Of a stretch of 64,000 nt of DNA, positions 27,601-39,600 are shown one piece after another. Positions within the stretch are counted from its first letter, which is position 1; the number at the start of each line of letters is the position of its first letter. Both the position numbers and the translations under genes were made by a program. The stretch is from assembly GCA_051362555.1 (NCBI GenBank), contig CM120640.1, positions 3,844,001 to 3,908,000 of the forward strand. The letters run 5' to 3'. The notes beneath the pieces are model-generated. The model was not told the origin of the DNA. It was given only the letters and a program-made list of their open reading frames with translations, and searched no databases. Source of the stretch: Lingula anatina. Taxonomy: Eukaryota > Animalia > Brachiopoda.

Positions 27601-30600
27601 CAACTGAACTAGATTGAACCTGCATGCTTTTAAGTTCAAGATTAGGAAAAAGCTGTTATGTATTTATTTTGTTTTCATCTTCATTTCTTTTCTCTAAATT
27701 TTAAACAATTTTTACAAATCTGGCAAGGGCAAGGCTGTATTGAAAATCATTGTATTTTCATGTGTAGTAATTCATCTGTGTATATTGCAGTGTTGCCTGG
27801 TGCCCCAGGGGAGCTGTTCAGAGCCTGTGTTGATGGAGTGGCTTGTTCTAACATCAACACCATGCAGTGTACTCCCTCAGGGGTCTGTGTGTGTAGGAAT
27901 GGATATTATGCTGATGGCACTCAGTGTGGTAAGTAGACACAGTTCCTGTCTAGTTTGGAGTATGTGTGTGTAGGAATGGATATTATGCTGATGGCACTCA
28001 GTGTGGTAAGTAGACACAGTTCCTGTCTAGTTTGGAGTATGTGTGTGTAGGAATGGATACTATGCTGATGGCACTCAGTGTGGTAAGTTTTTTATCACAG
28101 TTATGTTTTTTTAACATGAATGGATGCTGAAAGGCTATATTAGTTTTTTAAACACCATACAGGTCTAAGGTACAGGTCTTGAAAATTTACAAATTCTGAT
28201 AGATATCAGACAATATCACAGACAAAAAATTCACTGTAATGCAGTGTTTGTCATTTTTTCTGACAGTACATTTAATTCCCTTTCCTATCCATCAGTTAAT
28301 ATTGTGCCATTTGTCTTACATATCCAGTTGCCAAGAAACGTCTGCAGGGACGTTGTATATCTGATGTAGAATGTGATGCTGCCAACTCTCACTGTGTCTC
28401 AGGACGCTGCCAGTGTCAACCCCAGACACATGGGTTTGGGGTGTTTTGTAGTAAGTGGTCTTTAGAGAAAAAAATTGGAAAAAATATCACTAAAAATTTA
28501 ATAAATGTCTTGATATATATAAAGGTTGAGTTTAACGTGAATGAAACAGTAAAAAGTAAAAAAAAGAATCCACCATAATGGCAATCAGAAGTCTTTAAAT
28601 GTCTTTTTAGGTGTGAAAGGTGGCCTGTTTTCCCCCTGTCTGGATGGAGGCTCCTGTACGGAGGGGTCTCTGCTCTGTCAAGATGGTCTCTGTCTTTGCC
28701 ACCCAGGCTACTACCCTAAGAATGGGAGATGCAGTAAGGAAATTGTACAATTTTTATTTTACTTATTAGTTTGTGATATTTTTCACATTGTATGTTCTGC
28801 CACTGTAGCAATGGATTAACAAAAAGCTCCATAAAACATTTAACTAGTTTAACTTTGATATGCTGTCAGGAATATTGGTATGAAGGTGATGCATGCTTGT
28901 GTTGCAATAAGTGTTGATTAAACTTTTCAAATGTTTTACAGATTTCTAAGTTTGGAAGAATCAGTGAGGTATTGCTTAATATCTTATTATTATAGTATTT
29001 TTTGAATTGGTCTTATTTCATATTTCAGTTCCCAAGCATCCCACTATGGCTGCTTGCCACTCCACCAATAGTGATGTCTGCCAGGACCAGAACGCCTTCT
29101 GCAATGGAATATGGTGCCAGTGCAAGGAAGGTCACTATCTGAAAGAAAGAAAGTGTGGTAAGAAATTGATGAATTTTGTTAATAATTTCATTTTAGCTGA
29201 TTTGTCTTTGATACTGAAAAAATTTCAAAATGATTTTTATTCAAAGGTTTAAATTTTTCAATGAATTTTGATATAAATCTAAAAACTTGCCTTCAGTATT
29301 CTATAAGTGAAAAAGGAAAATTGATATAAATCTAAAACCTTCTTGTTTTCAATGTTCTTATAGTGAAAAAGGTATTACTAGGCATGAAGTGTGACAGTGG
29401 AGATGCTTGCGATAATTTCAATGCAGAATGCATATCTAAGAAGTGTCAGTGTAGACAGGGCTTCCAACAAAATGGAGACGTATGTGGTAAGTGATAAAGT
29501 GTATTGTTGACTTTTATTAATTCAATATAGTAAATTTATTTGTTAATTTTTTCATATAACAATGATAGTCATTTAGAGTACAAAATCCAAATAAGTTCAA
29601 GAAAATTCGTAAAAGTTTGATATATGTACATTTGAAAGTTCTTTCATTACTTATAAAATATACTAGAAGTCATTAAAATGCATGTGGGTCATTAAAATTT
29701 CCATAATAGATTTGTCTTCAGTTCCATCTTAAGAGTCCCAAGGAAAGAACTAAAATATGCAATAAAAGTGAAAATGCATTCCATTTATTCATTGCTGCCC
29801 CCTTAATGAATTGTCCCTGTATGTAACAAGATATCAGGTGTTATGCTGACATAGTACGTCTGTGTAATTTCATGTCATTTATCCCTGTGTATAGAACCTC
29901 TAGGAGCTGTGGGTAGTTTATTTGGCAGTTGTACCAGTGATTTCAGTGTGGCTCAGTCCTGTTCTGCTCCCAATTCTGTGTGTCTACAGGGCACCTGTGT
30001 GTGCAGGGAAAACTACTACTACTCTAACGGACTCTGTGGTAGGATATTACCAATGCATTTTTATAGCATATTTGAACATCTTTTGAAAATACATGGGTAA
30101 GGTAAAAACCAACTGTAAGTAGATTTATAACCAGGCATGATATAATATAAATTGTAATAAATATTGAATCTCTTTTTTGACTCTACTATTCTGTTACAGT
30201 TTATTACCATGCTATATACAGTTTTAAGCTAAAATATCATGTAAATCATAATCAAAATTTAAAAAAAAAGTTGTCTGAAATCATTATTTCACCATCCTCC
30301 TCTCCTAGCTGCCAAGGTTCCCCTGCGAGGCACCTGTGGGGACCATAATGCCTGTCTAGACCCCAATGCTGTGTGTAGGAACAGAATCTGTACATGTCAG
30401 CTGGGATACAGACCTGAACAGGGCATTTGTGGTAGGTCTTTGCTTCTTCTTCATTTCTTCTTGTTTGAACCTTTATATGCCTAAAATGATTTTTAGAAAT
30501 TTGATTAATGATGTCATAGTTCTGTATATTTCTCTTTTTAAAATTATGTGGAATAATCACTACATATGATGTATCACTTTTGCTGTGGGTGATATGAAAA

Positions 30601-33600
30601 TTAACTGTGTAAATTTATTTATTTATTTATTCATACGGTTTAAATTTAGAACTTCAGGTCTCAAAAATATTATTATTAAGTATGTAATAATAATGTTTCT
30701 GTACAAAAAAGCCCAGTTTTACTCAAATTTCCCACTCTCATTATAGTCCCTATAGGTCTGGTTGGAGACTCCTGCCTGTTTGAACACCAATGTGTGGACT
30801 TGAACTCTCTGTGTGGTAATGGAGTATGTATTTGTCAGTCAACTCACTACCTCCTGGAAAATGTATGTGGTAAGTCAAACCTTCCATTTCTATACATTTA
30901 TATTGATAGTATTATTAACCTTTTCATAGGTAATTGGAGAATATAATATAATATCAGATTCACAATTGAGAGAGGTCTCATATAAAACTATTTCCTGTCG
31001 TTATTTAATTCTGAAAAAAAGGCATATGCATTAGGAAAGTAAAGTTATTGTATTTATTGTTTTAGCTATATTTTACATTTTTTTCAATGTAATTCCTGGC
31101 AAGGTATAGTTAATACATTAATTTTTTCGTGACAGTATGCTTTAGCAGAACTAACCCCTGTTTTTTGTATTAGTTCCAAAGCTAGAGCTTAAAACTACCT
31201 GCACCCCTGCAGACCAATGTGCAGACCCCAATGCAGATTGCCAAAGAGGAGAATGCAGCTGTCTGATTGGATATGTACAACAAGCTCAGAGATGTGGTAG
31301 GTTTAATTATAATAAGCATTGCACATTCCACAAAGGGCACTCAGATTATTAAAGATTATTAAAGGTTAATTATAAATAAAACTGGGCACAGTTGAAATAA
31401 AATGGTGTAATAATCAAATTGTTGTGATGTTTTGCCTCCCATTCAGTCTAATTTGTGTGATTTCAAGGAATGTTTTTTTCTGTTGGTTTAGAAAAAGTTA
31501 CATATTAAAAAAAAAAAATTTTCCACCCACAGCTCGCCTTGTGCCTGTGAACTCTGCGTGTACCTTGGATGACATCTGTGAATCTGAGTTTGCTGCCTGT
31601 CAGCAGGGAGTGTGTAAATGCAGGACGGGTTTTGCTCTCAATGGGAATAAGTGTGGTAAGATGAATGAACACTGGGGGAAATTTGATAAACTTGAGGGCA
31701 GTGTAATGTAAATTTGTAGTACATAAAGATGTACATTTAACAGCTACATTATAGAAGGAAATAGTGTTACTGTTATTTTTATTATGAGCATTATATGCAT
31801 TTATGTTTGTGAAATATTGGCACCGTAGGAATTTAAATCATGTGAATTTAAACTCTTATGCAGTATGGGACAAAGAATAAATGCTGTTTTCATCAATTTA
31901 TTAAATGGTATTGATATTCTTAAATTGATATTTTTTAATTTAACTCTCTGTTACACTGAGAAGACATAGTTGTCTATAGTAACTATAACTGTATCACAGA
32001 GCCTGAGAGCACATCTGGTAATGAAGGAGAACTGCTGGGGCCATGTCTACGTAATGGCGGCTGTACGCCAGAACACACCGTCTGCTCCGAGGCGAAACAG
32101 TGTGTGTGCACGCCAGGATACTTCCAGAAGGAGGGGCAGTGTGGTAAGAGAGAACAAGATGACCTTTTTTTTGATACACTAAAAATGTTGAAATAATTCA
32201 AAGAAGATTGTTAAGTACTTACATTTTTCCTATCACTTAATGTTATTATATAAGAAACTGCACATTTCTCTTTTTCTTTCATTTGTATGTAGTTCCTAAG
32301 ATCCCTCTGTATGTCAGGTGTGATTTCCGTGATGTGTGTGCAGACGACAATGCTGTCTGCTCTGAAGGAGTGTGTCTTTGTAAACCTGACAGCTTTGATA
32401 ATGGAGGATACTGCTGTAAGTAAACCATTGATAGAATTATTTAATTGTTGAAGGTTTAAATTTAAAATACTGAGATTTAAAGATTTGCAAAGATGTGCTT
32501 TTCGCTCTCTTTATTTATCCCTCTGTTCTTAGGAGCCAGTCTTCCATTTGTCAAGTTTTTTTGGTTGACTGATCTGATGAACCGTTATCCTTAATCTTCA
32601 ATGTATTGAGAGCAATTTTGCTACATTTTATATGTTAAACATATATGTATATATGTTTGGCTCCATATTATATTTTGTCACAAATGTCTGTGATATTCTA
32701 GTGCCCAAGCTTCCCCTGGGTGCCAGGTGTCCGTATGACTCCGCCTGTGGCACGGAGAACGCCGAGTGTGCCAACAGTCAGTGCAGCTGTAGCAAGGAGT
32801 ACTTTGAGAAGGGAGGACTATGTGGTAAGTTTATGTGCTAACAATTTCTGATACTTCTGATGATCTTTCAACTGTAGTAAATAAAAATTCAAGTAGGGAA
32901 GACAATTTTAGTTTCTAAAATATTCCTTTGATGTTGAAATTACATGATATTGACTTAAGCTTTTTGCCATAAAACTGGAAGTGACTAAATTTAAATGTGC
33001 TGCACAAACATTATAAAAACTTCTAATGTCATATCTTACCATGTCCTTAGCAAGGTTGATGTCTGCTTTCAGTTAAGAAGATAGATGCAGGGAATCCATG
33101 TGGACAGGAGGATATCTGTGTAGACCAAGCCTCCTGTCTAAATGGGCAGTGTACTTGTATTAGAGATCACTTCCCTCTCAATGGGATGTGTGGTAAGATA
33201 ATGTGAAGAAATATATATATAGGAATATGAACTGAAGCTTTAACTGCAGTGAAGATTGTAGATAGCAGTTTTAGTAGGTTATAGATAATTTATACTGTAG
33301 AAATATTTATACATTTACCAAATCACCATTACAGTATATTTGTTTACACCAAAGCTTTTATGTGTATATACAGAAATAATTGTATGAGATAGATATTGAG
33401 GTTTTGCATTTCAATAAAAAACAAGCTGTAAACACAATGTACACATTACATTTTTAAATGAAGTTAATTCCATACCTCAACAAGACATTTGACTTCTTTT
33501 ATAAGTTTTAATTATCTGTTATTTTTGCTGTCATCAGAACACGTGGGTAGCCTGTTTTCTCCCTGTCAGCTGGACTCTGACTGTGCTGAGAACAACACTG

Positions 33601-36600
33601 CTTGTAATGCTGCAGGGATCTGTGAATGTTCCTTGGGATTTTATCCGTCAAACAGACAGTGCTGTAAGTATACATATACTTGTATTCTTCATGAGTGGCA
33701 CAGGTATTAAAAGAACTCTTTTTCATCCTTTTTTTTTTTTTTCATTTTCAGACACAATGGTTTTAAACACTGTAAATTGAGAAATCTAGTAATTTCTTTA
33801 AAAAATTGAATGACCCTATACCATTTTAATCACAGAATAGCCCTATATATATATATATTTGATAACCATATAACTGATAACTATGTCTCCTTATCAGTGG
33901 AGCAGATTCAGCCTGGTGACCAGTGCATTACAGACTCAGAGTGTGTGAATGACGCCTCATGTATTGGAGGACTCTGCGTCTGCACTGGAAACCTTATCCC
34001 AGCAGACGGACATTGTGGTAAGAACTTTTAAAAGTGAATATGAACAAGCAATGTTGAGAGATTGTGGATTATTAAGAAGCAATTGGTGTTTGGTTATCAG
34101 TTAAGTTTTTTTTATCCCTTACAAAGTTAAAGAAAATATAATATGATGATGAAATTTTTTGTCAAGCCTGCATTATTATAGCCTTGTTTTCCTTATTTTA
34201 ACTAAAAACTTATGCACAACAGCTTGTAAACAAAAGATGAAATTTTGTCTTTACATTTGCCTGCTGCTGTAATTAAATAAAGAAGCTGACTTCTCTGTAA
34301 TTTTAGTGCGTCCAGGCAGCCTTCATGTGGCGTGTGGTCCAGGTGGCACGTGTCTTACCAGGAATGCGGAGTGTCAAGGGGATGGAGTGTGTCGCTGTCC
34401 GGCTGATTACTTTGAAAAGAATGGAGGATGTGGTCAGTGGCAGAGACAGATTTCAGAAAAATTTGTCGTAGATGTATTGGAAATATATTATTTAAAGTTT
34501 AACATATAATAATATGCTCTTTGTAAATCAGAAAGCAGAATCTTTCCATGCTGCATTGAATAAAATTGTTATCATACCAATTCCAGTTCCCAAGCAGATG
34601 GCAGGATCAAGTTGTACAGATGAGGACGTATGCATAGATGGCGCTCTGTGTACTAATGGCATCTGTATGTGCAGGACTGAACTCAGTTATGTCAACATTA
34701 ATGGGCGTTGTGGTAAGTTTAGAAGGCATTCAATCTGACCATTTTTGAAAGATAATTAAAATCATTTTAATTTATCTGATTCTTGAACTTATATAACATC
34801 AATAAATATGTACCAATTCACTCTTTTTGACAAAATTTATTACAGTTAATTTTGAATAGGGCTCTGCTTTTAAGGTGTAAAATGATGATATGATGACTTT
34901 TCTTCCAAATACTTCTAATGTTTTCTATTTTCTTGGTAATTTCTAGTCCAGCGAGGGAATCTGGGAGCCCCATGTCTGCCCAACCAGGCCTGCACAGTGC
35001 CCAACTCTCAGTGTAATGACCAGAACATCTGTCAGTGTCAGACTGGCTTCCACAGGAAGGGGAATACTTGTGGTGAGTGGCCGCATGGTGCTCTACATCT
35101 TTACTCTACATTTGGTGTGACAAAAGATATATGAAATATTTTGTTTATATAGTAAAGATTTATTTTCACTTGTTTTTAATTGTGAACAATGCATACATAA
35201 CATGATAAGTATAATGAAATTTTACATAGATCAGACCAGAAAGACATGCCTGATGGGGTGGTGTTTATACATTTACATGTTGACTGCATTATGATGCTTA
35301 AAATGATGATATTATCTATATTCTTATTCATATAGACCAAAAACTTCCGGCTGAAGACATCTGTCTTGTTGGGGTAGACATATGCACTGACCATGCTGAC
35401 TGCATTGCTGGCAAGTGTTACTGCAGAGACGGATATGAAAGCAAGAATGGGCAGTGTGGTAAGTAGGCAGTAGAGTTAGACATTGTAAATTAATATTGTC
35501 ATTGAGAGAAAGTTGGTGACATTTTATAATTTGTAATGAACTATTACATTTACATTCAGTTCTCAGATTTCTACAGTTACTTATCTGAATATTTTAATCC
35601 AGTGTTGCTTTATATTTTGTAATTTCCATTTTTGAGTTTGGATATTTTAGAGCATAATCTAGCAAGGAAGGTGAAGATATTTGAACATGTATACATATAC
35701 AGTGTATATGATTATCTTGTTCTACTTGGTTCATGCCTGATTCAAGTGTTTCTTTTCCAGTTTTCTTTCTTATGCCAAGTAAAATTTAACTAAGGGACTT
35801 TATAAACTCAATTGGTTTATATTACAGTAAAGCTGGGGACCCTGGATGCCCAGTGTCTTCCCAATGGAGCCTGCACTGTGGCCAACACAATCTGCAACCT
35901 GAACAACTTCTGTATCTGTAAGGCTGAGTTCTATGGTAGAAATGGAGTCTGTGGTAAGTGGTGTTGGTTTTTTAAGTATTAAGATATTTATTTCTATGTC
36001 TTCATTTAGAAAAGAATTGATGAAATCAAATATGGCATTCATTTTTTCTCCCTTTGCGTCAATATAGAATATTTTGTGTCTATGTATCAAAGAAATATCA
36101 TAAAAAAATTCTGCCTCTTCTTTTTTTGCCAGTTTAGATCAAGAGGGTTGGTGTTGAGAGCAATTGATAACTCTTTTTCATTGGATATGAAAAATGTAAT
36201 GAAAAAAAAATACAGTGGAATAGCATTTTAGAAATAAATATTTCTTACTGTATTTATTTCAAATATTTTAAAGAAGAGAGAAAAGAAATTTGCAGATTTT
36301 AAGAAAATGTTCTTAATTTCAGTTCCAAAGATCCGTGCTGGTGATGTGTGTGGTGGACAGCAGCAGTGTGTTCAGAATGCCGTCTGCAGTGCTGGCAGAT
36401 GTGTCTGTGTCACAGGACATGAAAATATCAACGGTCACTGCAGTACGTTTCCATGCTTTTTGGAACTTGACAGCCAGTATTTGTTCGTGTTTACTTATAG
36501 TATGGTTGAAAATAAAAAAGGAAACCATTTAAATTTATGAATGCTCAGAAAGTTGATAACAAAAATTTAAAAATGTACCTGATAAATATTTCATATTTAT

Positions 36601-39600
36601 ATTCACTGACATTTTGGAGATCATTTGAGCATCTCTGCTTGCTAAAAGATTACATATAATACTTGTATGTTCCATGTATGTTCTTAAAGATGGTTATATT
36701 ATCATGTTATAGCTCGCCGTGGTGCTCCGTCTGCCCCCTGTCTGGCAGGTGCCATATGTGCTGTACCTAATGCAGAGTGCGCCATAGATACCAATAAGTG
36801 CCAATGTGTGGAGGGCTTCTATGACAAGGGAGGAACTTGTGGTAAGACTCCAAATATAGGCTTTTTGACAGTTTTTATGGAAAGATAATTATTTATGCAA
36901 AAAAAAATTTTTCAAGTTTTCAAGTCTCTTAAACTCTTAAACTTTTTCAGTGTCTTCAGGTATGTGTTAATCTCTGTGTATCTTTTTTATCAAGTGCCCT
37001 ATCTGAAGGTTAGTCAGCCCTGTAGTGCAACAGAAGACAGATGTGTAGAGAATGCTGTGTGTTCTACTAGAGGGTTCTGTGAGTGCAAGGAAGGCTACCT
37101 GGTAGACAGGGACAATCTGTGCAGTAAGTCGGATTAAGGATTTTGAAAAGAAAATGTCATTTGAATTTAATCATTTTCTGGGTATTTGTTAAAAGAGCAA
37201 ATGAAATTTAAAAAAATTCTGTATCTTTAATTAAGGATGATAATTTAAAATAATCAATAAACCTAATTTTGCTATATGATATTTGGGTGTGTGTTTGGCC
37301 AGATGGAATATTGTTGTTGATGTAGTCTGATATGATTGTTTTTCTCTCTCAGATGCTGTTCAGCAAGGCACCCTGGGAGCCAGCTGTCTGCCAGATGGCA
37401 CATGTCAGATTGAAAACACTTGGTGTGACCTTGACCTCAATGTATGCAAATGTCAGCCAGGATTCTATGCTAAACTTGGACAGTGTGGTAAGTGCACTTT
37501 GATGCAGTGGGATATTTGGTAATTTGGTAATTTTGATGATGAAATTGATTTAGCTGTTATAATATTCATGATGTGCATATGGTCTGAATTTTAGTCAATT
37601 TGTACATTATTTTTGGAAAGAAACAGTAAGTTCTGAAAATCATCCATCTTATATGTGTAACCAATTTTCAGTTGCAAGAACTGCCATTGGAGCTTTCTGT
37701 ACTAAAGATGGAGAATGCATGGAAAATGCTCTGTGTACACAGGGGACCTGCAGATGTCTGGCTGACCATGTGCTGGTTAGAGGGTTTTGTAGTAAGTTAA
37801 TCTTTTTTGTTATTTTTTAATCAAAACTATTATTTTAATTTATAATACAAGCCAGGATGTTACAAAATATGAAATGGAAAAAAGTGAACTTTAAATTCTG
37901 TAATTTTTCTAACATTCAGGTTGCTCCATTTCAAGAACCATCCTTGAAACAATTGGGGCATTTTGTTTGCATGGTAGCAAACGGATGCATATATCATTCA
38001 TATTTAGACAGACATCTGTTGTCATATATTCAGTATAAAAAGGTAAATTTGTACTTACGCTGTGAATGGCAGGGCACCATTTGTGCCCAGTAATGAATGG
38101 CCATGTGTCACATATTATACCATATGTAATGTATCATGCACTCTATTTTCAGTCCTCCCTGGAACGGCCGGGGCTCCATGTTTGGCCAATAATGAATGTA
38201 TCCCTAGGTTCTCCCAGTGTGTAGCTGGTATTTGTGACTGTCCCTATGGGGTGATTAGATGGAATGGCCATTGTGGTAAGTGGAGCCCATTATCACTATC
38301 ATCTTGCTTGACATTGCTTTAGGTTCACTTGGTAACCAATTTCACGACAGATTTATAGGCTGTTGTGGTAAGTGGAAATTATAATCACTATCATCTGCTT
38401 GAAATTGCTGTCATAAGTATGAGGTAATTGGCAACATCAGAAAAGATTGAATGGGTTTTGTGGTAAGTGCAATCAGTAATGTCTGTCAAAAGAGAAATAT
38501 CACTTCCATAAATTTTTTGGATGAGAAATTTTAGAAAAATTGTCAATGGGTAAGCAATTCCAAGGCTATGTCAGGCTGAAGGAGCTAAAAATGCAGGCTC
38601 TACTTATTATAAAATAATTTCCATTGTAAAAAAAAACAAAAAGATTGCAGTGAGTTTATTCACATGCTGTATGTTGTATACAGCATTGATTTGAGAGTCA
38701 AATTGATTATTTATTTATTCATTTAGTTAGTTAGTTATTTAGTGTTGTTTTGTTAATATTTTTATTCTCAGTCAATGGAATGTATTTCTGACCATTGTTT
38801 GTTTTTCCCCATTTCAGTAACCAATGGTTTTGCCCATGGAGCATGTGTTAGTGGCAGATGTGCTGCCCAATACACGCGTTGCCGTGACGACTCCTGTGTC
38901 TGCCAGTTTGGTTATGGTGCCACAGATGAAACTTGTGGTAGGTTAAAAGATACAGAGAACTTTGTTTATTAATTAACATGTTTAATTTGGATTGGATTAA
39001 ATTGGAATTTTTGTATTAATTATTCCTAAGCTTCTTTTGAAGTTTAGAACCTGCCATTAAGAATTTTAATCTCAGTAATCTCCTAAGTAATCAGTATCTC
39101 CTAAGTAAAAGAAGTTAAAAGGCCCATTTTTGAATTGACTGGCACAAGACACACAACATAATCCATTTACGATAATTCAGAATAGATATAAGTATATCCA
39201 AATATAAGATATCCTGAGTGTTGTTTATGTGTGTGTGTTGCAGTGGGTGTCACACATGGGGTCCTGGGAGCATGGTGCCAGCAGCCAGGTGACGTCTGCT
39301 CTGGAAGCAATGTCACTTGTTATAATAGAATCTGCTCCTGTGATGGGACAACATATGCCAAAGATGGTCGCTGTGGTAAGAGATAATGTTGATATCGTGA
39401 TTATGTTCATAAAGTATAGAGAACAATCTGAAATGTATCTTCAATTGATTTTACTTGTGTCTAAAGTCATATCTCATTCATGTTTGAAATATGTCGATTT
39501 ATAACTGTAAACTAGTATCTTGGAGTAGATTTTTGGTAAAGGATGAACATTCAGGCAGTAACTTCTAAGAAGTAAAACGAAGACTTTTTTGCCTTTTTAA

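Noticed and set aside
11493-28088. Short direct-repeat arrays as CRISPR-like repeat/spacer structures
   Set aside because: The units are contiguous duplicates of exon/intron junctions with no unique spacers. The context is eukaryotic and has no cas genes.
17910-38340. Partial X-box-like motifs in introns of the giant gene (about 17912, 20846, 38323)
   Set aside because: These are half-site or mismatched hits expected by chance in 40 kb.
654-39504. Dozens of small Cys-rich ORFs as a cluster of independent toxin/defensin-like peptide genes
   Set aside because: They lack true starts and signal peptides. Each Cys module is bounded by AG/GT in the same phase and splices into one frame ending in a TM exon.
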